Positions 36,057 to 44,949 of a stretch of 60,257 nt of DNA are shown here, in pieces (the stretch's first letter is position 1; each line of letters starts with the position of its first letter). The position numbers and the translations under genes are program-made. This DNA is from Candidatus Magasanikiibacteriota bacterium (GTDB taxonomy: Bacteria > Patescibacteriota > Patescibacteriia > Magasanikbacterales > UBA922). The notes beneath the pieces were generated by a model that was given only the letters and a program-made list of their open reading frames with translations, was not told the origin of the DNA and did not search any database. The stretch spans positions 1 through 60,257 of the forward strand of contig JAGOTR010000002.1 in NCBI GenBank assembly GCA_018061685.1, given 5' to 3'.

Positions 36057-39000
36057 TTAGGCTCTTGAGAATCCTTTGAAGTAGAGATCACCACGGAAGA
36101 TAATATCAGCGTGAGAGAATGAACCGGTACCGGCCACCCCAAACTCGATATTCGTGACAGTACCATCATCGAGGTACATTTGGATACTTTCTCCAGATGC
36201 ATCGAATTGGCTTAAGTCAACGAGTACTTCCAAAGTAACACTTTGTCCTGCTGGAATGGTCAATGAGTTTGCACTAAAGTCAAATGTGGCTGAAGTACTT
36301 GAACTTGATTGACTGACAGTATCAAGTGTTTCTCCGGTGTTTACATTCTTCAAGATGAAGTTCTTTGAAGTTGAAGTTCCTTGAACATTTGTGTTGAAGA
36401 ACACTTTCAACTGATTACTATCAGCAGAGAAGAAGGTAAGGTCTTGGTCACCAACAGCAGTCACAACCATGCGACCAACAGCGGTACTACCAGCACCAAT
36501 GTTTCCACTGTTTGTGTTGTCCCATCCGGCTGGAACCGTAACAACTGGGTATACCCCATATACGGTGGTACTTGGACCACGAACGGTATGGGTATTATCA
36601 ACAGCTGCACCAGATGCTTTACCGGTGGTATCAATGTCACCAGCAGCAGCAATGGTTGGGCGAACGTACATACCGTCTGTTACGGTAGTTCCGTCAACGT
36701 CAGCCATAGTACCTTTTATGGTAACAACGATATCATCATTTGCTGGGACGAGTTGCTGGTTGTCAACCAAGAAAATTTCGGCTGTCCCACCACCAGCAAC
36801 ACTACCTAATAAGGTATTTCCAACGTAGAACCAATAGGTTTCAACAGCTAAGTCACTACCTACGTCAGTAATCTTGAATGAATCAAGATCAAGAATTTCT
36901 ACATTGTTTGCAGCAAGGTTAAATTCTGCAAGCACCACACCTGATTGTTGGCTATATGCCAATTTTGGTGTGGTAGATGGGTAACTTGCTTCAACAGCAA
37001 CCGTTAAGGTTCCATTTGCAGCAACAGTAAATACTTGACCAGCTCCAGTTGGAGTAGCACTTGCAGTAGCACCACTGTTAAAGCCAGTACCAGATACATC
37101 ACCTGCATCGGTATCAAAACTCACAGCAAAGGTGTCTCCAGCAGTTGCGCCAGAAGCTAAGTCACCGATAACGGCAACACGAACTTCACCATTCTTTGGC
37201 ACACGAATTTGTGATGTCAAAGTAAATGAGAGAGTTTCGTCACCAGCAGCAGAATCAACGAATTGTTGTGTATCTGAAACGCGAGTTTCAAATGCATCAC
37301 CACGTGCTGAAGAAGCAGCGGTCAAGTCTGCCCAAATCTCGAAGTTATCAAGACGGTTAGCATCGTCTCCTGCGTCACCTAAAGTGGCTTCAAGAACGAT
37401 GGTTTCAACCATAACATCTTCACCTGAATTGTTAGCGCGCAAAGCACCCGTCATCCAGATAAGATCTTGTACACCAGGAGCAACACTTCGTGCAGCTGGA
37501 GTAGTCAAGGTAACAGCAGTCAACGTAGCAGCATTCACAACCAAGGTGTTTCCTTGTACTGAGAATGAACCAGTTGGGGTAACACTGTCACCAGTATTAA
37601 ATCCTTTTGCTGTTACAGCAGCAGCTTCATAGATAGCTGATAATACAGCATCGTTTGAAGATACAGCATCAGAGATGGTTGCTTCAAAGAAGTAATCATG
37701 TTGTCCAAGTGGAACAGTGAATGAATCAGAGAATGCTGCTGTTTCAGCACCTGCTGATGCAGCATCACTACCATTCAATGGTCCGGCAACGATGTTACCT
37801 TCGGCATCTTTCAATACCATGTTGGTTACTTCTGAACGAAACATTGTGGTCAAAGTACTACTTACAGTTACAGCTGTAACCAAAATAGGTTCACCTTTTG
37901 CTTCAAAACGGAAAGCAGCTAAACGGACGTCATCTCCAGAAGAGATGTTTCCTGCAGCTGGGGTAGCAGCTGAACGAGTGATGATAAGTGATCCACTGTT
38001 AATGGTTTGGTCACTTGATCCTTTACCATTCCAAGAGTTTGACACAGTTGGGGTAAGGTAGAAACCAAGTTTTTGACCACGAACAGCCATGAGTACGTCA
38101 CTTGATCCTTCAACCAAGTCAACGTTCATGGTTAATCCTGCGCCACTCACTACGTCGGTTCGCACAACAAAGCGTTGTGTTTTTCCTTCAGGAACGATGA
38201 TGTTGAGTCCACTAAAGTGAACTTTTCCTTCAGCGTTGAATGAAGCTTGACCAAGAGAAACTCCTTTAGAAGCATCCCACAATTCAACATTGTTGTAGTC
38301 TGATACAGATGCTGTACCAGCTTCTTTGAAGGTCAAAGATTCAATGAGAATGTCTTCAGTAGCACCAGCAGTTACTTTGAATTTGTTCAAAATAACATCG
38401 GTGTCTCCTGAATCTGGTGTTGCGTCTGAAGTTGTTCCATCTTGTGCAACAACAGCAGTTCCAACGGTCGCACCAATAATGCCAAAGGCACTACTTGTGA
38501 ATGGGAAAGAACCACTAATAGTTGCGTTTGAAGCGGTAACTACGTCAGCACCACTCTTCAAAGAAAATTGGATACTGTTTCCAGTTGTTGATCCAGAAGC
38601 TGGAACTCCAACACGGAGGTATACAGTTTTCACACTGTTAGCAGGAACTTCGAGAGGTTGTGGGAAGGTAAATACAGCAGTATCGTTTGCGTTTAACGCA
38701 GAAACGGTGTTGCCATATACCAATCCAGCAGCATCTACGATTTTCATGTTTTCAACATCAGTACTGTTTGAAAGTCCAACTTGAGTCAAAGTAAGTTTGG
38801 TTACTTTAACGGTTGATGGACCAGCTTGTAAGTTCAATGCGAGCATGTTAGCGTTAGCACCTTTTGCAAGATTTCCTGCAACAGGTGTATCACCACTCAA
38901 ACTCACGCGAAGTGAACCTTCACTTACTGGGGTTCCTGGTTGTCCTGGAGCTGGAGAACCTGCGCCACCTGCACCTTGTGTAGGATCAGCATACAAAGTT

Positions 39001-39710
39001 CCTTCAGTTACAGTACCAGCGCCCATAGAAACACGGTTGAACACAGCTTGAGAAATCACGCGAACGTCTGTCTTTGCAACGCCACCAAGGGTGACAGCAG
39101 CAACAGAAGCAGCTTGACTTGCTTCAACCATGTGAGCTTGTCCGTCTTTAATTACGTAGATGTTTTCACTACCTTCTACACGAACCAATTGTCCGTTGTG
39201 TGGGATAGCTTCAGTGATTTCAGCACCACGTCCTACGTAGTTTGGCCAGTATACATCTGGGATGTCTCGAACGAGAGAAGCCCAAGCAGCACCATAGAGG
39301 GCGCGAGCAACTTCTTCACTTCCGATTTTTGAAATTCTGTTGTTTGGTTCAACAACGTACACACTTGGAGAAATTTCTACTTTCACCAAACGTGATCCAG
39401 GGCGGTAGTTAACTCCGTATGGAGCAACACTTGGTGCTGGATAGCTGTCAACACAAGTATTTGAGATTTCAACTACACCAGAGAAATCTTTGTACCATGT
39501 TTTGTATACTTCACCAGTTGGGAAGTACATACGTTCCATGTTGCTGTTCAACAAGTACACAGCACTGTTGCCAGGTACTTTAAACAAGTCACCTGGTTCC
39601 AATGTAGGACAGGTAGCTGCTTGTGCAACCATAGGGACGAGGGCAGTAACGCCAACACTCCAAAGGATTGTCACGAGAACAACAGACCATGTAAACGCTT
39701 TTTTACTCAT
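36057..39710 (-). CDS. Large secreted surface (S-layer-like) protein with beta-rich repeats
   Basis: Signal peptide MSKKAFTWSVVLVTILWSVGVTALVPMVAQA. Three N-terminal LVxVxGSxxVYVI-type repeats. More than 1000 aa of T/S/V/A/G-rich sequence. Strong terminator. Alternative starts at ATG 39728 (AGGTGA SD at 39740-39745) and GTG 39743. Confidence 0.8.
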   Translation of the reverse strand: MSKKAFTWSVVLVTILWSVGVTALVPMVAQAATCPTLEPGDLFKVPGNSAVYLLNSNMERMYFPTGEVYKTWYKDFSGVVEISNTCVDSYPAPSVAPYGVNYRPGSRLVKVEISPSVYVVEPNNRISKIGSEEVARALYGAAWASLVRDIPDVYWPNYVGRGAEITEAIPHNGQLVRVEGSENIYVIKDGQAHMVEASQAASVAAVTLGGVAKTDVRVISQAVFNRVSMGAGTVTEGTLYADPTQGAGGAGSPAPGQPGTPVSEGSLRVSLSGDTPVAGNLAKGANANMLALNLQAGPSTVKVTKLTLTQVGLSNSTDVENMKIVDAAGLVYGNTVSALNANDTAVFTFPQPLEVPANSVKTVYLRVGVPASGSTTGNSIQFSLKSGADVVTASNATISGSFPFTSSAFGIIGATVGTAVVAQDGTTSDATPDSGDTDVILNKFKVTAGATEDILIESLTFKEAGTASVSDYNNVELWDASKGVSLGQASFNAEGKVHFSGLNIIVPEGKTQRFVVRTDVVSGAGLTMNVDLVEGSSDVLMAVRGQKLGFYLTPTVSNSWNGKGSSDQTINSGSLIITRSAATPAAGNISSGDDVRLAAFRFEAKGEPILVTAVTVSSTLTTMFRSEVTNMVLKDAEGNIVAGPLNGSDAASAGAETAAFSDSFTVPLGQHDYFFEATISDAVSSNDAVLSAIYEAAAVTAKGFNTGDSVTPTGSFSVQGNTLVVNAATLTAVTLTTPAARSVAPGVQDLIWMTGALRANNSGEDVMVETIVLEATLGDAGDDANRLDNFEIWADLTAASSARGDAFETRVSDTQQFVDSAAGDETLSFTLTSQIRVPKNGEVRVAVIGDLASGATAGDTFAVSFDTDAGDVSGTGFNSGATASATPTGAGQVFTVAANGTLTVAVEASYPSTTPKLAYSQQSGVVLAEFNLAANNVEILDLDSFKITDVGSDLAVETYWFYVGNTLLGSVAGGGTAEIFLVDNQQLVPANDDIVVTIKGTMADVDGTTVTDGMYVRPTIAAAGDIDTTGKASGAAVDNTHTVRGPSTTVYGVYPVVTVPAGWDNTNSGNIGAGSTAVGRMVVTAVGDQDLTFFSADSNQLKVFFNTNVQGTSTSKNFILKNVNTGETLDTVSQSSSSTSATFDFSANSLTIPAGQSVTLEVLVDLSQFDASGESIQMYLDDGTVTNIEFGVAGTGSFSHADIIFRGDLYFKGFSRA

Positions 39711-40065
39711 TCTTAATACGTCTGTCATAATAAATAATATCACCTATACGAGAGCGTCGATGAATATTGTTTCGTAAGAAACGCACATGATCTCCGCATA
39801 AGTTTGTGAAACAAAAGATTCAATCTTCCGATATAATCGGAATCGACCTTGTATGACTGAATCGTACCTCCAAGAAAATATCTTGGAGGGTGTTTCCTTT
39901 TTTCTGTATTACTACAGATACAAGGAAACGTCCCCTGCATTTTTCTGTTTTACGGAAAAACGCCATACCGTATGGCACTAGCCTCACATATATATCTATA
40001 TGTGAAAGCCATGCCATACAGTACCAGGGAGTCTGCTTATTTGTAAATACACGACTCTTGTACCA
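39711..40065 (-). promoter_or_regulatory. Long structured 5' region of the S-layer-like gene
   Basis: ~355 nt non-coding with several hairpins (CCTCCAAGA...TCTTGGAGG, GTTTCCTT...AAGGAAAC, CCATACCGTATGG, CACATATATATCTATATGTG). No convincing promoter hexamers found by eye. Confidence 0.4.
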
Positions 40066-40123
40066 CTTATAGGTACATTGTTTCTCTCAAGCTATTGATA
40101 AAGAGAATCAATGTACCTATAAG
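40066..40123 (-). terminator. 15-bp stem hairpin immediately after the anti-sigma-like gene
   Basis: CTTATAGGTACATTG (40066-40080) pairs with CAATGTACCTATAAG (40109-40123). Large 28-nt loop and no clear U-run. Confidence 0.4.
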
Positions 40124-40125
40124 GA

Positions 40126-41367
40126 TTAATTATTTACGTCAATACTACTTGTTTGTATGGTTGTACTGCTATTGGTACTTGGTGTTTTTATAGGATCAAC
40201 AATTAAATCTTTTGTTGACTGAATCGTTTTTGCTACATCCACCAATACATTTTGTGTTTCTGTTGTTAATGTATTGAGTATTTTTGCCTTTTCAATAGCA
40301 CCTTCCACATTGTTTCCCTCTAACAAGTTTTTCACCTCTTGTACAAAGACATCTCCTTTTTGAATTGATTCACCTACCTGTTGGACAGTTTTTTCTAAAG
40401 AAACAGTAGGCGTAGAGGTTGTAGTAAGAGAGACCGATCCAACAGTGCTACTTACCGGAATGGGCAATACTAGTGTAGAAGAACCCGTGAGTGCAATAGT
40501 CGTGGTTCCAAGCAATGCATTACTTGCAGCAGTTTCAACTTCTAATTTGACACCGGTTGCAATTACTTTGACATCTTCGGCATCAGAAAGTATTTCGCCA
40601 ATTTTCTTTTCTACTATTTGTTTTACTTCTTCTGTTTTTTCAGTAGTTACCAAGGCTTGAATTGCCTCAATTCCTGCATCATGAACAGCTTTCTTCGCAT
40701 TATTTACTTCTGTTTTTTTTTCGTCAGAAACAGCAATGGTTTTTAAATTATTTGAAATATCGGTTGTTTTTTCGGTAATTTGTTTGGCTACATTTGCCAA
40801 ATTTTCTGGATTATTTTCTTTAATATCTTGTAAATTTTTCCCAGCAGACACAATGGATTCTGTTAATCTATCTGCAGTTTTTTCTACATATTCTGATTCG
40901 GGTGCCATTTCTTTTAATTCTTCTGAACGTCTTGTTGCGAAAGCAAGGTTTAATTCTGCTTCAGACGTTGTGTTTCCCGTAGCGGCAGCCACGATTACTT
41001 GTGTTTTTTCTGTGGCTAATTTTACGCCATATCGAATAGCGTCTGTTGGAAGACTGGCAGAAGAGGCACTCACGGTCACAAGCCAACCACCCATAGCCAT
41101 ACTCACACTGAACACAACGACCAATAAAGAACGAAACGCTCCCGCAAACTTTTTTGGAATAAAAAGTGTATGAACAATATGAACAATATCACCTATCCCC
41201 TGCTTTTCTGCATATTCTTTTGAAACCGTTCCCTCAATTTGAGCAAACAATTGCTTTTTATTTTGAGCAACCCAATCAGCGCGAGGGCAAAGGCTTTCGT
41301 GCTTTTTTAATGTATTGAGTTGTGTTTTATACACACGGGTCATAACAAATCTATATTTTTTTTTCAT
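40126..41367 (-). CDS. Membrane protein downstream of the ECF sigma factor (putative anti-sigma factor)
   Basis: 17-nt overlap with the sigma gene. Short cytoplasmic N-terminus, one TM helix (LLVVVFSVSMAMGGWLVTV), long helical extracytoplasmic domain. Confidence 0.6.
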   Translation of the reverse strand: MKKKYRFVMTRVYKTQLNTLKKHESLCPRADWVAQNKKQLFAQIEGTVSKEYAEKQGIGDIVHIVHTLFIPKKFAGAFRSLLVVVFSVSMAMGGWLVTVSASSASLPTDAIRYGVKLATEKTQVIVAAATGNTTSEAELNLAFATRRSEELKEMAPESEYVEKTADRLTESIVSAGKNLQDIKENNPENLANVAKQITEKTTDISNNLKTIAVSDEKKTEVNNAKKAVHDAGIEAIQALVTTEKTEEVKQIVEKKIGEILSDAEDVKVIATGVKLEVETAASNALLGTTTIALTGSSTLVLPIPVSSTVGSVSLTTTSTPTVSLEKTVQQVGESIQKGDVFVQEVKNLLEGNNVEGAIEKAKILNTLTTETQNVLVDVAKTIQSTKDLIVDPIKTPSTNSSTTIQTSSIDVNN

Positions 41368-41926
41368 GAATTTCTTGTAACTTTTTTATCGCTCGATGCA
41401 ACAACACTCGGACATTGGTACTACTCTTCCCAACAATACTCGCAATTTCTTTTACAGACAATTCATCAATATATCTTAGGAGTATTATTTCTTGATAATC
41501 TTGTTTGAGCGATTCAAGTGATTTTAACAATGCGGTAATATCTTGCGTAACTTCTTTTTTTTCTTTTTCACGCCCATCATCGCTTGCAAGCTCTAATACT
41601 TGATCAAGCGAATATGTTGGTTTTTTTGCTCGTTGGCGATAAAAATCTACGACAACATTTCTCGCAACAGAGTAAAATAATCCACTCACACTTGTTACTT
41701 CTTTTCCTTTTTCATCTAATAAGTAATTCCAAACTTTTAAAAAAACATCGCTCGTCAAATCTTCTGCCTCTTCTCTATTATTTACCTTAAATAGAATGAA
41801 TCGGTATATTTTTTCAATATACAAATCATAGAGCTTTCCATAGGCTTCTGGGTCTTTTTTGGAAAGAATGGTGTAAAGAATGTGCTTTTCTTTGAGTGTA
41901 TTGTGAAGGGTTTTTATACCTTTCAT
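41351..41926 (-). CDS. ECF-type RNA polymerase sigma-70 family factor
   Basis: Region 2 (YRFILFKVNNREEAEDLTSDVFLKVW) and region 4 HTH (LSVKEIASIVGKSSTNVRVLLHRAIKKL). Start trimmed to the ATG at 41926. Confidence 0.85.
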   Translation of the reverse strand: MKGIKTLHNTLKEKHILYTILSKKDPEAYGKLYDLYIEKIYRFILFKVNNREEAEDLTSDVFLKVWNYLLDEKGKEVTSVSGLFYSVARNVVVDFYRQRAKKPTYSLDQVLELASDDGREKEKKEVTQDITALLKSLESLKQDYQEIILLRYIDELSVKEIASIVGKSSTNVRVLLHRAIKKLQEIHEKKI

Positions 41927-41973
41927 AATAGAAGACGCAATAGAAGATAAAATGTTACACTGGCGTTGACTGT

Positions 41974-42017
41974 TAACTTGTACCAATTAACAGTTAACTG
42001 TTAATTGGTACAAGTTA
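41974..42017. repeat. Perfect 44-bp palindrome (family C, TTAAC-rich)
   Basis: TAACTTGTACCAATTAACAGTT / AACTGTTAATTGGTACAAGTTA. Lies between the putative sigma promoter and the sigma start codon. Confidence 0.9.
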
Positions 42018-42072
42018 CTAGTTAACGAAAACCTTAAAATGTGCTCAATTAAGGCAAAAATATACAGGTAGG

Positions 42073-42101
42073 AGTATAGCATAGGAATGGGAAAAGATCA
42101 A
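42073..42101 (-). promoter_or_regulatory. Putative promoter of the sigma/anti-sigma operon (TTGATC-N17-TGcTATACT)
   Basis: Minus strand reads TTGATCTTTTCCCATTCCTATGCTATACT. Confidence 0.5.
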
Positions 42102-42120
42102 TTGGGGAATATCCAAAAAT

Positions 42121-42258
42121 ATGCAGATTTACGGATACTGTTGACTATTGGATAAATAGATTATTTGTATTAAAAAATACCAATAATTTATATCACCCAA
42201 TAATCCAATCACCAAAACCATCCGTAAATCTGCATTATCCGCATATCTGCATACTCCC
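42121..42258. repeat. Family B palindromic MITE-like element (ATGCAGATTTACGGAT ... ATCCGTAAATCTGCAT), copy 1
   Basis: 16-nt terminal inverted repeats at 42121-42136 and 42220-42235. The 39 nt at 42220-42258 are identical, in reverse complement, to 49103-49141. Confidence 0.85.
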
Positions 42259-42266
42259 AAAACAGA

Positions 42267-42355
42267 CTATACAAAATTGTATACACTACCCTATACAAAC
42301 TTGACATATTACCCTAAGTCTGCTAGTATCTTTTTGTATAAACTACTCTATACAA
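42267..42355 (+). promoter_or_regulatory. Promoter (TTGACA-N17-TGcTAGTAT) flanked by five (C)TATACAA half-sites
   Basis: -35 at 42301-42306, -10 at 42324-42329. TATACAA-type half-sites at 42267, 42277 (inverted), 42291, 42334 (inverted) and 42348. Confidence 0.55.
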
Positions 42356-42357
42356 AT

Positions 42358-42834
42358 ATGGCAATAATACCACCTATCGATACCCAAAAGATCGATACGG
42401 CTGTTTCTAGAGAAAATGAACCAAAAAAAGAGATTATTCGAGTGTCTATTTCAGAAGCGGCTCGACTTTTTGGCGTGAGTCAGCAAACCATTCGACGTGC
42501 TATTAAAATGCAAGAAATTGTATATGTGGTGGTAGGTGGCCGATATAAAATCAATTTTGAAAGCCTTGTGCAGTGGTCACAAGCAAAAACAACAGTTCGC
42601 AATAAATCAAATGAAAATGGCATTGGGCAGTATGTGGATAAATGGAAAATACGAAACACCCTGTATTCACCCAGCAAACGAAGTGTGGCGAAAGCAGAAG
42701 ATGCTAGCCAACACACAGATACCAAACAAAATCCCCCACCGAGTGGTTCACCGGTCTCAAACCCATTTGCACCCAAACCTCCCCAACAACCAGAAGCAAC
42801 CGAACCAAAAGAAGTGAAGCCTCTGTTTATTTAA
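42358..42834 (+). CDS. Excisionase/MerR-like helix-turn-helix DNA-binding protein with a Pro-rich tail
   Basis: VSISEAARLFGVSQQTIRRAIK HTH. Start trimmed to the ATG at 42358, downstream of the promoter. Confidence 0.7.
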   Translation: MAIIPPIDTQKIDTAVSRENEPKKEIIRVSISEAARLFGVSQQTIRRAIKMQEIVYVVVGGRYKINFESLVQWSQAKTTVRNKSNENGIGQYVDKWKIRNTLYSPSKRSVAKAEDASQHTDTKQNPPPSGSPVSNPFAPKPPQQPEATEPKEVKPLFI

Positions 42835-42933
42835 AACCTTAATTCTCACTTTTTAATTCTCAATCCTTACTTCTTTATTTATTTTTTCAAAGAAGTAAGG
42901 ATTGAGAATTAAGGTGAAGAATTAAGGTTTTTT
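42833..42933. repeat. ~100-bp imperfect palindrome acting as a terminator after the HTH gene
   Basis: AAAACCTTAATTCTCAC...CTTACTTCTTT pairs with AAAGAAGTAAG...GAATTAAGGTTTT, followed by a T-run. Confidence 0.7.
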
Positions 42934-42973
42934 TATAGACGAAACCCAATAAAAAAAGTATACTACCCATACT

Positions 42974-44824
42974 ATGAAATTCGTCGAAACGCATCTTACC
43001 AAACATCACTTATTCCATGCACCACACCGGTGGTTTTTAGCATTTTTAATTTCGCCACTTCATGCGGCAGAAATGCATTATAAAAATAAATATCACCTCA
43101 CATTTCGACATGCAAAAAAACTATTTTTCTTCGACATGATGCTTTTGGCATCTATTATTTTTTTAAGTATTAGTTCATACGCATGGTATACATATGACCC
43201 AACAGTCAGAGACCTCGTGTTTGTGTCTATTACATCGCCTCAAGACCGAATAGAAAGTGGTGAGTATACCAGCCATACTATTACGGCCCAAAATAATAGT
43301 GATGTTACCCTCACAAACCCGGTTATGACCCTCCGCCTGCCAAACGGGTTTGTTACCGACAAAGTAGAAAGTGAATTAGGTGCATATACTGGCGAAAATA
43401 CTCTTACATTTCCAAATATTCACCCAGGTGGTGTTGTATCGTTCACCATATTTGGATGGTTTTATGATGTACCAGATACGCATAACAGTATTGGAGCAGT
43501 CTTTTCTTACACACAACTTGGACGCGAACAACAAGAGATAGTTGCCCGAGAATCGCATACGATTCTTCGTGGATCAACCCTTACCACCGACATTAGCGTG
43601 TCTGAATCAATACTTGGCTTTGGAAAAAGTCCATTCCAAATAATCCTCACGAATACGGGTGAACAAACACTCAAAGATATTTCTTTACCACTTCCAAAAG
43701 ACACGTCTTTTCGTATGGACGGAGAAAAAACGGATACAGGTACACTGAAAGCCGATATATGGAGCATTACAGAATTAGCCCCAAAAGAAACTGCCGAACT
43801 CTCGGGAACAATTACCTCAAAATTAACTCAAACCATTCCCCTATATACCCTTTCACTCACCCCAGAAATTGGCGTGAATGGCACCCGAATCCAACAAAAA
43901 ACCGTAGAAAAAAATATTCAGGTTGCCCACCCACAAGCAAACATCACCAGTCTTTGGGAAAATCAAGTAACAACAGCACTCCCAGGCACCACACAAACGC
44001 TGATTGTTGATATTACCAATACGGGTGATACTCCCCTTTCAAACATAACCCTTGTCTTGCCTATCCCAAAAGACACTGTCGATACAGCAACACTTGCCAA
44101 AAATAATAAAGGAACCTATACCAAAGACACACTCCGGATTGATTCGAATCATCATGCGAGTTTCAAAACACTCGCCCCAGGCCAACACGCAACAATTGAT
44201 ATTCTTATTCCCATCCGTTCGGCTCCACAAGGAACAGACATAACACTTTCACTTACCCCCCAAATACAAGCCACAGTACCAAGTGTTCCGAACGCCCTGT
44301 TTCAAACTCAAGCTGAACAAAGCCCAGCCCTGACCATTGGAACACATATGAGAATCAATGCAACAGCACGCTATTACACCGACGAAGGTGACCAACTCGG
44401 CCGAGGCCCTCTTCCACCCGTTGTGGGAAAAGAAACAAAATATATGGCTATTATCGAGGTACACAATACATCAAGCGAAGTCACTGATGTACAAGTACAA
44501 GCGACACTCCCAGCACATGTAGTGTGGACAACCCGAACGAGTGTGAGTTATGGAAGAGATGTAGTATATACCCCAGAAACACGAGGTATTCTGTGGCAAG
44601 CCCCCAGCATTCCTCCACACACCAGCGTGGGGCTATATATGGAGCTGTCACTCACCCCACAACAATCACAAATCGGTACTACCCCAGTTCTTCTTCAAAA
44701 CATTCGTTTGTCGGCAAAAGACCCTCGAATAGGAGAAACTCTACAAAAAACACATGCACCTATTGATGCATCACTCCCTAACGACGCTCAAGCGAAACAA
44801 CAAGGAGTTGTGGTTACTCCGTAA
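42974..44824 (+). CDS. Membrane-anchored surface protein with DUF11/CARDB-like repeats
   Basis: TM helix LFFFDMMLLASIIFLSISSYAWY. Repeated xxITNTG(D/E)xxLxNIxL motifs. Confidence 0.7.
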   Translation: MKFVETHLTKHHLFHAPHRWFLAFLISPLHAAEMHYKNKYHLTFRHAKKLFFFDMMLLASIIFLSISSYAWYTYDPTVRDLVFVSITSPQDRIESGEYTSHTITAQNNSDVTLTNPVMTLRLPNGFVTDKVESELGAYTGENTLTFPNIHPGGVVSFTIFGWFYDVPDTHNSIGAVFSYTQLGREQQEIVARESHTILRGSTLTTDISVSESILGFGKSPFQIILTNTGEQTLKDISLPLPKDTSFRMDGEKTDTGTLKADIWSITELAPKETAELSGTITSKLTQTIPLYTLSLTPEIGVNGTRIQQKTVEKNIQVAHPQANITSLWENQVTTALPGTTQTLIVDITNTGDTPLSNITLVLPIPKDTVDTATLAKNNKGTYTKDTLRIDSNHHASFKTLAPGQHATIDILIPIRSAPQGTDITLSLTPQIQATVPSVPNALFQTQAEQSPALTIGTHMRINATARYYTDEGDQLGRGPLPPVVGKETKYMAIIEVHNTSSEVTDVQVQATLPAHVVWTTRTSVSYGRDVVYTPETRGILWQAPSIPPHTSVGLYMELSLTPQQSQIGTTPVLLQNIRLSAKDPRIGETLQKTHAPIDASLPNDAQAKQQGVVVTP

Positions 44825-44840
44825 TACTTTTCTCTCAATA

Positions 44841-44866
44841 AAAAAGCACTCATATGAGTGCTTTTT
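44841..44866. terminator. Bidirectional terminator (perfect 13-bp arms)
   Basis: AAAAAGCACTCAT/ATGAGTGCTTTTT between convergent CDSs. Confidence 0.8.
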
Positions 44867-44949
44867 TAATTCAGAATTCCGCATCAATAGGGTTGGTTTA
44901 CCCTGAGTGAGCGCCTGCCGCCAGGCAGGGAGCGAATCGAAGGGAAGGG

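Noticed and set aside
35936-36202. 5' extension of ORF 35294..36202, and similar N-terminal extensions at 271, 6479, 13975, 18449, 20817, 25770, 41986, 42277, 46173 and 50514
   Set aside because: The extensions overlap upstream CDSs, terminators or promoter hexamers. Internal ATGs give sensible N-termini (signal peptides, conserved family starts).
42121-42258. CRISPR array or other spaced direct-repeat array
   Set aside because: The repeats in this window are inverted (palindromic), single units at dispersed sites. There is no regular repeat-spacer periodicity and there are no cas genes.
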